Origin: Candidatus Cloacimonadales bacterium
Lineage (GTDB): Bacteria; Cloacimonadota; Cloacimonadia; Cloacimonadales; JAFGVF01
DNA: 64,000 bases
Reading direction: 5' to 3'
Assembly (NCBI GenBank): GCA_963677495.2
Contig: CAXXOU010000004.1
Location: 64,001-128,000, forward strand
The notes beneath the pieces are model-generated. The model was not told where the DNA came from. It saw only the letters and a program-made list of their open reading frames with translations, and ran no database searches. Positions within the stretch are counted from its first letter, which is position 1; every line of letters begins with the position of its first letter. Made by a program: the position numbers and the translations under genes. Shown piece after piece: positions 52,689 to 63,143 of the stretch.

Positions 52689-52969
52689 AATTCCTCCCAA
52701 TTCTTTCCTTTATTCTACAACTAACTACATCACTATCTCCACTTCCATAGATAATATAGTGCAAATTGCGTTCCTAACTAAGTTAAACTTATCGAATCAA
52801 AAAGATTGAATCAGTGAAACAGTGTAAACATGTGGAATGAAGAATTATGAAGTTATTGTAAACTATCGGTTTAGGCGAAATTATAGATTGACAAAATTAA
52901 CAAACAGGAAAACTTACATTGTTGATTTAAGTTACAAATTACTAATGAATTATAAAGACAGGAGGAAAC

Positions 52970-55702
52970 ATGTCTGAAACAAAAAGAGTATATACCTTTG
53001 GAAATGGAAAAGCTGAAGGAAACAGCTCGTTAAAGAACCTTTTGGGTGGTAAAGGTGCTAACCTTGCTGAAATGAATTTAATCGGTGTTCCTGTACCTCC
53101 GGGATTCACAATCACAACTGACGTTTGTACTGAGTACTATGAAGTTGGTGAAGACAAAATGAAAGATATCCTTACAGCAGAAGTTGAAGCAGCTGTAAAA
53201 TCACTTGAAGAAATCCTTGGAACAGAGTTTGGTTCTAAAGAGAATCCTTTACTTGTATCAGTTCGTTCAGGTGCTAGAGTTTCTATGCCTGGTATGATGG
53301 ATACAGTTCTTAACCTTGGTTTGAATGATGATGCTGTTGAAGGTATCGCTAAGAAATCAGGTAACCCACGTTTTGCTTGGGATTCATACCGTCGTTTTGT
53401 TCAGATGTATGGTGACGTTGTGCTTGATATGAAACCATCATCAAAAGAAGAGATCGATCCTTTCGAACAGATTATAGAAGATATCAAAGAAGAGAAAGGT
53501 GTTGAGAATGACCTTGATCTTACAACTGAAGACCTTAAAGTTCTTGTAGCTCGTTTCAAAGAAGCAGTTAAGAAAAATACCGGTAAAGAATTCCCTGAAA
53601 GTCCTTGGGACCAGCTTTGGGGAGCAGTCTTTGCAGTATTCGGTAGCTGGAACAATGAAAGAGCTATCTATTATAGAAAAATGAATGGTTTCCTTGATTC
53701 ATGGGGAACAGCTGTAAACGTTCAAGCAATGGTTTACGGTAACATGGGTGAAAACTCAGCTACCGGTGTTGCCTTCACACGTGACGCTGCTACCGGTGAG
53801 AACATCTTTAATGGTGAATATCTTATCAATGCACAGGGTGAAGACGTTGTTGCAGGTATCAGAACTCCACAGGAAATTACTCTTGAAGGTTCACACCGTT
53901 GGGCAAAACTTGCAGGTGTTACTGAAGAGGACAGAAAAGCTAACTATCCTTCACTTGAAGAAGCTATGCCTGTTGTTTATAAAGAGCTCTTTGATGTTCA
54001 AGAAAGACTTGAAAACCATTACAAAGATATGCAGGATCTTGAGTTCACTATCCAGGATGGTAAACTTTGGTTACTCCAAACTCGTACAGGCAAAAGAACC
54101 GGTGCTGCTATGGTTAGAATGGCTGTTGAAATGCTCGAAGAAAAGTTTATCGACGAGAAAACAGCTCTTATGCGCGTTGAACCGGGTAAATTAGATGAAC
54201 TTCTTCATCCTGTATTCGAAAAAGAAGCTTTAGCTAGTGCTAAAGAAATTGCTAAGGGTCTTCCTGCATCTCCAGGTGCAGCATCAGGTAAAATCTGTTT
54301 CTTCTCAGAAGAAGCTGAAGCTATCGTTAATGCTAACAAAGATGAAAAACTTATCCTTGTTAGAATCGAAACTTCTCCTGAAGACCTTGCAGGTATGAAC
54401 ACTGCACAGGGTATCCTTACAGCTCGTGGTGGTATGACTTCTCATGCTGCTGTTGTTGCTCGTGGAATGGGTAAATGCTGTGTATCAGGTGTTGGTGCTC
54501 TTCAAATTGATTATAAAGCCAGAACTATGACAGTTGATGGTGTTGTATATAAAGAGGGTGATTTCATCTCTCTTAACGGTTCAACCGGTAAAGTTTATGA
54601 AGGTAATATCGCTACAATCGATGCTGAGCTTTCAGGAAACTTCGGTAAGTTAATGGACCTTACAAAGAAATTCACAAGAATGTATGTTAGAACAAACGCT
54701 GACAGCCCACACGATGCTGAAGTTGCACGTAACTTCGGTGCTGAAGGTATTGGTCTTTGCCGTACAGAGCATATGTTCTTCGAAGGTGAAAGAATCAAAG
54801 CTATGCGTGAAATGATTCTTGCTGAAGATGTTGAAGGCAGAAAAGTAGCTCTTGAAAAGATTCTTCCTTACCAAAGAGAAGACTTCGAAGGTATCTTCAA
54901 AGCAATGAGCGGATTTGGTGTGACAGTGCGTCTTCTTGATCCACCATTACACGAGTTCGTACCACATGAGGAAGCAAGTCAGAAGATTATGGCTGAAGAG
55001 ATGGGAATAACAGTTGAAGAAGTTCAGAAGAAAGTTGAAGACCTTCATGAGTTCAACCCAATGCTCGGACACCGTGGTTGCCGTCTTGGTAACACATATC
55101 CTGAAATCACAGAGATGCAGGCTAGAGCTATTATTGAAGCTGCACTTAACGTGAAAGCTGAAGGTTTTGATCCAAAACCTGAAATCATGGTTCCACTCGT
55201 AGGTGTATACCAAGAGCTTAAATTACAGTCTGAAATCATTAAGGCAACTGCAGAGAAAGTATTTGAAGAGAAAGGCGACAGAATCGATTACATGGTTGGT
55301 ACTATGATTGAGATTCCTCGTGCTGCTCTTACAGCTGACCAGGTTGCTGAGTACGCTGAGTTCTTCTCATTCGGTACTAATGACCTTACTCAGATGACAT
55401 TCGGTTACTCTCGTGACGATTATGGTAAATTCAAAGATGTATATCTTGATGCAAAACTTCTTGATGTTGATCCATTTGAAAGCTTAGACCAGACAGGTGT
55501 TGGTCAGCTTGTTGAAATGGGTGTTCAGAAAGGTAGAACTACAAGACCTGAACTTAAGGTTGGTATTTGTGGTGAGCATGGTGGAGAACCTAAATCAGTT
55601 GAATTCTGTCACAGAACAGGACTTAACTATGTAAGTTGCTCTCCTTTCCGTGTACCAATCGCACGTCTTGCTGCTGCTCAAGCTGCTGCTAGAGAGTTAT
55701 AA
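52970..55702 (+). CDS. ppdK: Pyruvate, phosphate dikinase
   Basis: LLGGKGANLAEM, SVRSGA.SMPGMMDT, GMTSHAAVVARG, GIGLCRTEHMF, SFGTNDLTQ, GICGEHGG. Confidence 0.98.
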   Translation: MSETKRVYTFGNGKAEGNSSLKNLLGGKGANLAEMNLIGVPVPPGFTITTDVCTEYYEVGEDKMKDILTAEVEAAVKSLEEILGTEFGSKENPLLVSVRSGARVSMPGMMDTVLNLGLNDDAVEGIAKKSGNPRFAWDSYRRFVQMYGDVVLDMKPSSKEEIDPFEQIIEDIKEEKGVENDLDLTTEDLKVLVARFKEAVKKNTGKEFPESPWDQLWGAVFAVFGSWNNERAIYYRKMNGFLDSWGTAVNVQAMVYGNMGENSATGVAFTRDAATGENIFNGEYLINAQGEDVVAGIRTPQEITLEGSHRWAKLAGVTEEDRKANYPSLEEAMPVVYKELFDVQERLENHYKDMQDLEFTIQDGKLWLLQTRTGKRTGAAMVRMAVEMLEEKFIDEKTALMRVEPGKLDELLHPVFEKEALASAKEIAKGLPASPGAASGKICFFSEEAEAIVNANKDEKLILVRIETSPEDLAGMNTAQGILTARGGMTSHAAVVARGMGKCCVSGVGALQIDYKARTMTVDGVVYKEGDFISLNGSTGKVYEGNIATIDAELSGNFGKLMDLTKKFTRMYVRTNADSPHDAEVARNFGAEGIGLCRTEHMFFEGERIKAMREMILAEDVEGRKVALEKILPYQREDFEGIFKAMSGFGVTVRLLDPPLHEFVPHEEASQKIMAEEMGITVEEVQKKVEDLHEFNPMLGHRGCRLGNTYPEITEMQARAIIEAALNVKAEGFDPKPEIMVPLVGVYQELKLQSEIIKATAEKVFEEKGDRIDYMVGTMIEIPRAALTADQVAEYAEFFSFGTNDLTQMTFGYSRDDYGKFKDVYLDAKLLDVDPFESLDQTGVGQLVEMGVQKGRTTRPELKVGICGEHGGEPKSVEFCHRTGLNYVSCSPFRVPIARLAAAQAAAREL

Positions 55703-55727
55703 GATATTATATAGCTAAGAAATAGAT

Positions 55728-55755
55728 AAACGGCTCCGGTAAACGGAGCCGTTTT
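55728..55755 (+). terminator. Intrinsic terminator after ppdK
   Basis: AAACGGCTCCG-GTAAA-CGGAGCCGTTTT. Confidence 0.85.
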
Positions 55756-56004
55756 ATTATATGCCAAAGGTATACTTGGAGTGTAGTATAATATAAAATA
55801 AGTTGACAGAAAATAACTGTAAGTAAATTATAGGCTGACCCTTTTGAGGTAACCGCAATAAAGAGATAAGATTACGGCAAGAAACCTAGCATAGCTTACC
55901 GGTTAGGTTTGTGATTTAGTTCTGTATCAAGGTAAGAGGTCTAAAATATGATGCAATTTTACCTTGTTACTTGATAACAACAAATCAGTTAAAGGAGATG
56001 AAAG

Positions 56005-57294
56005 ATGAAACGTATCTTATTTGCATTTGTTTTGTGTATACCTTTGTTGATGTCTGCAATTCTACCAAGTAACCAAATGAACCAAACAAATTCACCATTT
56101 AACGTGTCACGTGAGTGGAACATAACGTCAGTATTAAGAGAATATGATAGTGAGGGTAATTGGAATCCTTCTGAAAGAAGTATATATTACTATAATCCCT
56201 TACATACATCGGCAATTGACTCAATTGTAGTTGAAAGCTGGAATGTTTCAACTGCAAGTTGGGAGGAAGTTGCAAAGACCATTCTAACATATGATGAAAC
56301 CTACGAATATATCATAGAAGGTATCAACTATTTTAACATGATGGGGATGGTATTCCCTTATGCACGTCATGAAGCTGACTATGATGACTCAGCAAGATTA
56401 ACTAATTATCGAGTTTATCTATATGGATTTGTGAATAGGAACGAGATGTTAGTTAATCAGACAATGTTCCAATATAATACAGGTTCAGAGTTTGAAATGT
56501 TTTCATATAAGACAGGTTTAGATAGACCAATGGATGAATGGGAACATTCAACATTTACATATGATGCACAGGGAAGAATCATTAATGAAACAATTGAAAC
56601 ATCAGTTGATTCTTTAAACTGGGATCTCAATAAGAGATACACTAATCAATATCACCCTAATGATAATACTACAGGTCAATCTTTTATAGAAGCCTTAGCA
56701 CATTTGATGCCACGTTCTATGATACTCAATGATGTTAGTTTTGTTGGTATGACAAGTTCGATAACTGAAGAACATTGGAGTGGAATTGATTGGGTCCCAG
56801 ATACAATAGAGGATTATGCATGGGATGATGATGAAAACTTATCAGAAATAATTCTACAATATTGGTTAACAGATGCATGGATCCCGGATTCCAGAACAGA
56901 TTATTTCTATGATACTAATGGTAATAATTCACAACAAATTGACTCATACTGGGATGATGGTAGCTGGTATCATTCCAGGAGATTAACGTTTAATTGGAAT
57001 AATACAACAGAAAATTGCAATGATGTTCAAGAGATGCAGACAGTAAAGCTACATGTATTTCCAAATCCTTTTACATCATCAACTGTCTTCAAAACCGATG
57101 AAAAATCAATCACAGATATTAGTGTATTTAACTTAAGGGGACAACTAGTCAGGAAGTTGAATAGTAACAATAAGCATGAAGTGTATTGGGACGGTAAGAA
57201 CAGTAAAGGTAAAGAAGTTGCAACAGGATTGTATTTTATTAGGGCAAAACACAATAAACAATCATCATCTGTGAAGGTGTTGAAAGTTAAATAG
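56005..57294 (+). CDS. Secreted protein with YD/W-rich beta-strand repeats and FlgD-Ig/T9SS-like CTD
   Basis: AAGGAG RBS; signal peptide; TYDAQGR/FYDTNGN..W repeats; FPNPF..GLYFI..KVLKVK. Confidence 0.78.
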   Translation: MKRILFAFVLCIPLLMSAILPSNQMNQTNSPFNVSREWNITSVLREYDSEGNWNPSERSIYYYNPLHTSAIDSIVVESWNVSTASWEEVAKTILTYDETYEYIIEGINYFNMMGMVFPYARHEADYDDSARLTNYRVYLYGFVNRNEMLVNQTMFQYNTGSEFEMFSYKTGLDRPMDEWEHSTFTYDAQGRIINETIETSVDSLNWDLNKRYTNQYHPNDNTTGQSFIEALAHLMPRSMILNDVSFVGMTSSITEEHWSGIDWVPDTIEDYAWDDDENLSEIILQYWLTDAWIPDSRTDYFYDTNGNNSQQIDSYWDDGSWYHSRRLTFNWNNTTENCNDVQEMQTVKLHVFPNPFTSSTVFKTDEKSITDISVFNLRGQLVRKLNSNNKHEVYWDGKNSKGKEVATGLYFIRAKHNKQSSSVKVLKVK

Positions 57295-57319
57295 ATAACT
57301 AAGATTATTATCTGACGAT

Positions 57320-57351
57320 ATGGAGATAAGTTGGAACTTATCTCCATTTTT
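57320..57351 (+). terminator. Intrinsic terminator
   Basis: ATGGAGATAAGTT-GG-AACTTATCTCCAT followed by T run. Confidence 0.8.
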
Positions 57352-57440
57352 AAATTGAAACAGATGATATATATCAATAATTGTTTGACATCTTTTATTC
57401 AATTTTGATAAAATACAACCAAATATCTTGCGGAGGGGAA

Positions 57441-58022
57441 ATGCAAGTAACCGTTATTGATGGATGTGGAATATATGATGAATTTGCTAGTGTTCTTAGG
57501 GATTGTTTTATTCAGAATTTGAACAATGAGTCGCTAGAGTGTAAAATCATTTCGTTGGATAAACTTGATATTACTCCATGCATAGGTTGCTTGGATTGCT
57601 GGTTTAAAAATCCTGGAAAATGCAGGTTTGAGGACGATATGGAAACAGTGATGAAAGAACAAGTTAACTGTGATTTTATCATATATTTAGGAGATGTAAT
57701 TTTTGGAAGTTTTACATCAACATTAAAAGTTGGTATTGATCGATCAGTAAGTATGTTTCAACCTTTCTTCATCAAAGAAAGAGATGAGACACACCACGTG
57801 CTAAGATACCCCCCAAAAAAAGGGATCTATTTTATTGGGATTTTACCCAAAGAATCAATAGAGGAAGTTAGTGATACTTTTATTAGATATGTAAAGAAGA
57901 TGCAGAAAGAGATGCCGGTTGCCAACACGGCGACATTATTGCTCCATCGTGAGAGTGATGCAACTAAAGAGTGTGCGAGAATGCGCACAATTATGAAAGA
58001 GGAGCTATTGTGCAAGCTTTGA
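57441..58022 (+). CDS. Flavodoxin-like/iron-sulfur flavoprotein family protein
   Basis: PCIGCLDCWFKNPGKC..DDM, ETHH..RY; GGAGG RBS before ATG 57441; TTGACA-N18-TAAAAT upstream. Confidence 0.8.
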   Translation: MQVTVIDGCGIYDEFASVLRDCFIQNLNNESLECKIISLDKLDITPCIGCLDCWFKNPGKCRFEDDMETVMKEQVNCDFIIYLGDVIFGSFTSTLKVGIDRSVSMFQPFFIKERDETHHVLRYPPKKGIYFIGILPKESIEEVSDTFIRYVKKMQKEMPVANTATLLLHRESDATKECARMRTIMKEELLCKL

Positions 58023-58663
58023 TATTGATGGGAAGTCCGAAAGCTAAAAAATCTAACTCATATGCAATTGCCAGCTATCTTATCGAAAAACTTGAGAATG
58101 AGGGGGTTCGATGTCATACTATTCATATACTTGCAAATTTTGCTAAACTTTCAGAGATTATAAACTATCTCGAGAAAGTTGATATACTGATCTTATCATC
58201 TCCCTTATATTCTTGTGCTTTACCAAGCCATGTTACATATCTTTTTGAAAGAGTTTATTCTAAAAAAACATTGCTTCCTAAAAAAGATATTTCTACTTTT
58301 CTGCTCGTTAACTCAGGATTCCCTGAAAGCAACCAAAATGAAGTCGCAGTAGATGTATTTAAAAATTGGAGTTTAATGTGTGGCTTTGATTATAAAGGAG
58401 CTGCACAGATTGGAATGGGCCCTGCTTTAGGTGGGAAAGCACTTAGTAAAAAGAGTTTCACTCGAAAACTAAGGAGTAACTTGTCTGTTGTTGCAAAAAA
58501 CTTAGCAAACAATAGACGAATCTCTCCCTTAACAATAGAGAATTTAAAAAGACCATTTTTCTCACGAAAGAGCTATAGGAATGTTGCTACAATTAGGTAT
58601 AGATTTCTGTTCAATAAGGCTAGGGTTAAACCTGATTTACAACCATACTTATACAAGAACTAA
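58010..58663 (+). CDS. Flavodoxin-like (NADPH-dependent FMN reductase fold) protein
   Basis: GSPK...SNS, SSPLY...LPSH, NSGFPE; GTG start after AGGAG. Confidence 0.78.
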   Translation: MQALILMGSPKAKKSNSYAIASYLIEKLENEGVRCHTIHILANFAKLSEIINYLEKVDILILSSPLYSCALPSHVTYLFERVYSKKTLLPKKDISTFLLVNSGFPESNQNEVAVDVFKNWSLMCGFDYKGAAQIGMGPALGGKALSKKSFTRKLRSNLSVVAKNLANNRRISPLTIENLKRPFFSRKSYRNVATIRYRFLFNKARVKPDLQPYLYKN

Positions 58664-59538
58664 TCTCTTTGCTTTAGATAATAGTTTAAACTCACTTTCA
58701 TTGTTGTTAAAGTAATCTCCTTCATGTCTGGCTTAGTTTCTAATTTCTTTATGAGTTGGATAGCCCTAGAGACCTCACCATTGTTTTCTAATGCTATTAA
58801 ATAGAATCTGAAAGCATCTATGTCAGTGTTAATTTTTAGGATATAATCTTCAAGTAATGTTATCCCTTTCTCATAAAAACCTGCGTTTATAGCTGCACGA
58901 GCATAAATGTAGATGTATCTAAGTCGCCAAGCTGTATCATGAAGTTTTCTTTCTACCTGATTAAAAGCCTTGCAAGCTAGATAGTTTTCACCAATCATGT
59001 ATTGAATTATTCCACCTAAAGCAATAATCCTAGCGTCGTTATCGAATTCCAATCTACCAATTTTAACATATTCAAGAGCCTTTTTAAATTGACCTGACTG
59101 TGCTAGAATTTCAATATATTGTATGAACGTTTCAGGGTAGGGTGAATCACCAATGTATTCATCAAGAAGATTTATAGCATCATTGAAACGATTTAATCTG
59201 TGAAGAACGAACACTTTTTTGTGTACAAGATGGATAGGTAAGTCTTCTAGCATATCAAAATATTTGAGTGAAGAGATAAAATCGTCAATCATCAAATATG
59301 CATCAGCAGTTTTACCAATTAGTTCTTGGTTGGAACCACCACTATTGATTGCTAGTTTATATAAATCAATACTTTTATTAGGAACATTCTTTTGTAAGTA
59401 AATATCTCCCATTAGCTCATATAATGCAGGCTCTTCCGGGTTGTTAGCAATTCCATCTCTAATGAAGTTTACAGCTTTTAACCAATTTGTACTTGCTAAC
59501 TCTCTTGCATTCATTAATAGTTTTTCAATGTTATCCAT
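58660..59538 (-). CDS. TPR-repeat protein
   Basis: Helical repeats, LYELMGDIYLQ..KSIDLYKLAI. Confidence 0.7.
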   Translation of the reverse strand: MDNIEKLLMNARELASTNWLKAVNFIRDGIANNPEEPALYELMGDIYLQKNVPNKSIDLYKLAINSGGSNQELIGKTADAYLMIDDFISSLKYFDMLEDLPIHLVHKKVFVLHRLNRFNDAINLLDEYIGDSPYPETFIQYIEILAQSGQFKKALEYVKIGRLEFDNDARIIALGGIIQYMIGENYLACKAFNQVERKLHDTAWRLRYIYIYARAAINAGFYEKGITLLEDYILKINTDIDAFRFYLIALENNGEVSRAIQLIKKLETKPDMKEITLTTMKVSLNYYLKQRD

Positions 59539-60507
59539 CTATATCCTAAACAGCTTTTTTAATTCTTTCATGATTGTATCAACATTAGTAGTCTGATTGA
59601 TTAAGTTTCTAGTCTTAGAACCTCCGGGAATTCCTTTAGTATAAGTACTAACATGTGCTCTAAACTCTTTAACTGCTTGTTCTTGTTTATTCTCATTGTC
59701 CTCAAGAACATATTTTAAATGCTTTTCCACGATTTTGTATTTATAATAGAAATCCAAAGGAACTGAATATTCACCATCTAGGTAAGCTCTGATCTCTTTG
59801 AATATCCAAGGTTTGCCTAAACTACCCCTTCCAATCATAATTGAGTCACATTCTGTTGAATCAAACATCTCTATTGCAGTTAGAACATCATTTATGTCTC
59901 CATTTCCGATAACAGGTATAGAAACAGCTTTCTTTAACTCTTTAATATGTTCCCAGTTTGCAGTGCCTGAAAAGAGCTGAGATCTGGTTCTTGGGTGTAA
60001 ACACATTAAATCTGCACCGGCATCTTCCATTCTTTTACCGTAATCAAGATAGTTTAGAGAATCGAAATCCCAACCAGAACGGAACTTGGTAGAGAGAACT
60101 ATTCCGGTACCTGAGAGTACTTTTTTTACCTCTTTTACTATCTCCATCGCCAACTCTGGTGTCTGCATTAATGCTGAGCCAGCTCCCCGTTTTACAACTT
60201 TCTTTACCGGACATCCCATGTTTATATCAATACCGTCCGGTTTAAGCTGAGCAATGATATCTGCACCTTTTGCCATTATCTCGGGTTTATTACCAAATAT
60301 TTGAACAAAGTAAGGTCTCTGTTCTTCAGTAGATTTAGCATACTTAATAGTATTACTTTGACCATATACAAGACCATCTGCACTAACCATCTCACTTACA
60401 AGTACATCGACTCCACATTCTTTGCATATGCGTCTGAAAGCATTATCTGTGTAACCGGCAAGTGGTGCGAGCCAGATTTTCTTCTTTATTACTTCGTCTA
60501 ACTTCAT
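59539..60507 (-). CDS. dusB: tRNA-dihydrouridine synthase B
   Basis: LAPLAGYTD, DINMGCPV.KV, GSALM, HPRT, GNGDI, MIGRG..GKPW. Confidence 0.92.
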   Translation of the reverse strand: MKLDEVIKKKIWLAPLAGYTDNAFRRICKECGVDVLVSEMVSADGLVYGQSNTIKYAKSTEEQRPYFVQIFGNKPEIMAKGADIIAQLKPDGIDINMGCPVKKVVKRGAGSALMQTPELAMEIVKEVKKVLSGTGIVLSTKFRSGWDFDSLNYLDYGKRMEDAGADLMCLHPRTRSQLFSGTANWEHIKELKKAVSIPVIGNGDINDVLTAIEMFDSTECDSIMIGRGSLGKPWIFKEIRAYLDGEYSVPLDFYYKYKIVEKHLKYVLEDNENKQEQAVKEFRAHVSTYTKGIPGGSKTRNLINQTTNVDTIMKELKKLFRI

Positions 60508-61250
60508 TAAATCAATCCTTTCAACTTATACATGAATAACGAAGCGGCGATCGCAGCATTTAGTGACTCAATGTTATCCGTTTGAGGTAATCTGACTTTG
60601 TGGTCAAGGTGCTTGATTATCTCATCTCTAATTCCATGGGCTTCAGATCCTATCACTAAGACTATATTGGTTTTGGGTATCTCCATATCTCTAATATCGA
60701 TTGAATCTTCTAAAACTGCACCAATCTTGGTCCCTGAAAGAGACAATAGTTTATCCGGAGATCCAATTTCTACAGGAACGCTAAACACAGTACCAAGGGA
60801 TGAACGGATAACTTTTGGAGATAGGAGTTCGCAACTATCTTCTGATAATAGTATTCCTGAAACACCTACTGCTACAGCGGTTCTAATGATTGTACCAAGA
60901 TTACCCGGATCAGATATCCCATCAAGATATAGTATAAAATCATGCTTAGTAACAGCTTTTGATTTTGTAGGGAAGAGACATGCTATATCTTGTGGATGCT
61001 CTGTATCACATATCGATTTCATTTGTTGAGGAGTTACATCATAGTAGTCAACTCTTACATCTTCAAGAAACGGAAAGTCTTTGTGAGAATTCCCTTGTTT
61101 AATATATACCTCAATAGGTCTAAGTCCATTGTTTATGACTTGTTCAACTGTTCGATACCCCTCTACAACTACCTGCTTCTTAAGTTTCCTAAACTTCTTT
61201 TGCTGGAGTTTCTTTAAATCTTTACAAGCATTCTTACTTAATGGCTTCAT
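60507..61250 (-). CDS. TrmH/SpoU family RNA methyltransferase
   Basis: DPGNLGTIIRT, IGSEAHGI, ESLNAAIA. Confidence 0.92.
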   Translation of the reverse strand: MKPLSKNACKDLKKLQQKKFRKLKKQVVVEGYRTVEQVINNGLRPIEVYIKQGNSHKDFPFLEDVRVDYYDVTPQQMKSICDTEHPQDIACLFPTKSKAVTKHDFILYLDGISDPGNLGTIIRTAVAVGVSGILLSEDSCELLSPKVIRSSLGTVFSVPVEIGSPDKLLSLSGTKIGAVLEDSIDIRDMEIPKTNIVLVIGSEAHGIRDEIIKHLDHKVRLPQTDNIESLNAAIAASLFMYKLKGLI

Positions 61251-62922
61251 AGAAAACCTTTCTTAACTCCTCTTTGTCAATAGTATCAATTTGATGGTTG
61301 AAGTCACCATTACTGTCTATCATATATTGTTTAGCATATTCAATAAAGATATCTGAATCCAGTAAGAACTCAGCAATATGTTTATCGATCTCTTTAGCTC
61401 CTACAGCAAGACCCAAAATTTTAAACGTCTCAGTTAAAGGTTTACCTTTTTTATATGGTCTATCAGAAGCTGTTAATGCTTCGAACATATCTGCAACAGC
61501 CAAAATACGTGATTGGATAGGTAGCTGCTCAGCACTAAGATGTTTAGGATAACCTTTACCATTTAACTTTTCGTGGTGAGAAGCAGCATATAATGGAACA
61601 TTCTTGTATTTTCTTGGGAAGCTTAATTCAGAAAGTATATCCCATGATACTTGAGCATGGTTGTTCATGATCTCTCTTTCTTCAGGTGTAAATGTTCCTT
61701 TTCTAATACTAAGGTTCTTTAGCTCAAAGTCGTTTATAATATAGTATTCTTCTCCATCTGAATAATATCTGAATTGATGAATCTCTTTGAGTTTGTCAAT
61801 CGCTTCATCAGAAAGGAATTCACCACCGACATTAGCAACTTCGATGAACTCAAGATAGTCATGAACTTGATTGATTAATAACTGAGATTTCTCTCGGTTT
61901 TCATTATCCACTCCGGGTTTATGTGATTCTTTCAGCATAGCTTGCTGGATTAACTGACATCTGAGCCTGATGATTTCTACACCATCCATCATCTTTTCTA
62001 GTTTTGTAGCTTTATCCATAATGAATTCAGGAGTTGATATCTTACCAACATCGTGCATCCATCCGGCTATAGAGATTTCGGCGATTTCATTAGCATTAAA
62101 GTTCAAATCTTTGAAATGCCCGAAGTCAGCATCATTTATCGAGTTACTAATCATCTCAGTCAGTGTTGCTACTTTAGCTATATGTCCACCGGTATACTTA
62201 GATTTCTTATCGATTGCCACCGCAATTGCTTTGATAACCTGCCTGATTAGTTTTTCCAAGTCTTCGATAAGATGTTTATTGGAAAGAGATATTGCGGCTT
62301 GAGATGCAAGTGAGTTTAGCATAACTATATGTTCAGGAGAAAAACTTATTATGTTGTTTTCTTTATCCATAGCATTGATTAGCTGAATTACACCTAGGAT
62401 TTCTCCCTCATGATTTTTAAGTGGGATTGCCACCATAGATTTACTTCTATAGCTATTTGTTTTGTCAATCTCCCTTGTTTTCTCTGCATCAAACATGTTT
62501 TGTTTATATACATCATCAAAGTTCTGAATCTTCTTTGTATGGAACACATATGAGACCATATTCTTTAGAATCTTATTCCCCTGCTCATCAAAAAGCTGTA
62601 CTACCGGCCAGTTTAATTCTCCATGAGTACCACCAATATGCAGATTCATGGATCTATTATAAACAAGTTTATACTCTAATGAGCGATTATCTGAGCTAAC
62701 AGTATAAATTGTGGCTCCATCAGAATTCGTATATTCCAGTGCTTCTTGTAGGATCAAATCAAGAATCTTGTTAATATCATTTTCACTTGATAATGCTTCA
62801 CCAATCTGAGTTAACTGCTTGATATGCTCAAGCTGTCTCTGAGCATGGAAGTTGATTGTATCAACAACAGTATTTAGCATTTCATTGATTTCAGGATCAG
62901 AACTAAATGTATAATTTCGCAT
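61234..62922 (-). CDS. GAF plus HD-GYP domain phosphodiesterase
   Basis: GAF (SMVAIPL, GVIQLIN, ASQAAI); YTGGH, HDVGKI, HHEKLNGKGYP, ADMFEALT..RPYK; GGAG RBS before ATG 62922. Confidence 0.9.
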   Translation of the reverse strand: MRNYTFSSDPEINEMLNTVVDTINFHAQRQLEHIKQLTQIGEALSSENDINKILDLILQEALEYTNSDGATIYTVSSDNRSLEYKLVYNRSMNLHIGGTHGELNWPVVQLFDEQGNKILKNMVSYVFHTKKIQNFDDVYKQNMFDAEKTREIDKTNSYRSKSMVAIPLKNHEGEILGVIQLINAMDKENNIISFSPEHIVMLNSLASQAAISLSNKHLIEDLEKLIRQVIKAIAVAIDKKSKYTGGHIAKVATLTEMISNSINDADFGHFKDLNFNANEIAEISIAGWMHDVGKISTPEFIMDKATKLEKMMDGVEIIRLRCQLIQQAMLKESHKPGVDNENREKSQLLINQVHDYLEFIEVANVGGEFLSDEAIDKLKEIHQFRYYSDGEEYYIINDFELKNLSIRKGTFTPEEREIMNNHAQVSWDILSELSFPRKYKNVPLYAASHHEKLNGKGYPKHLSAEQLPIQSRILAVADMFEALTASDRPYKKGKPLTETFKILGLAVGAKEIDKHIAEFLLDSDIFIEYAKQYMIDSNGDFNHQIDTIDKEELRKVFYEAIK

Positions 62923-63106
62923 ATATTGCTCCATCTTGTAATTATCATTAATAATTATTAAAGATGATTGCATTAGTCAATAAAAAACCTACTTATCATG
63001 ATTTTTGTGGGAACATGTTCTAAAATTGATGTAGATATACTATGTTTTTGGTGAAATCGAAAAGGTTAAACTGAAATGAAAATGAGTTATACTACTTGCA
63101 GAGGTT

Positions 63107-63136
63107 AAAAAAAGGGGCTTTGTCAAAAGCCCCTTT
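63107..63136 (-). terminator. Intrinsic terminator
   Basis: AAAAAAAGGGGCTTT-GTCA-AAAGCCCCTTT. Confidence 0.8.
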
Positions 63137-63143
63137 AATATGT

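Noticed and set aside
52720..52870. Degenerate third copy of the family A leader and 28-mer (CAGTGAAACAGTG, AAGTTATTGTAAA)
   Set aside because: The 11-bp phase and the 3' half of the repeat are absent; may be chance.
55860..55955. c-di-GMP-I riboswitch
   Set aside because: GGCAA and GGTCTAA fragments are present, but the GAAA tetraloop and CGCAAA core are missing.
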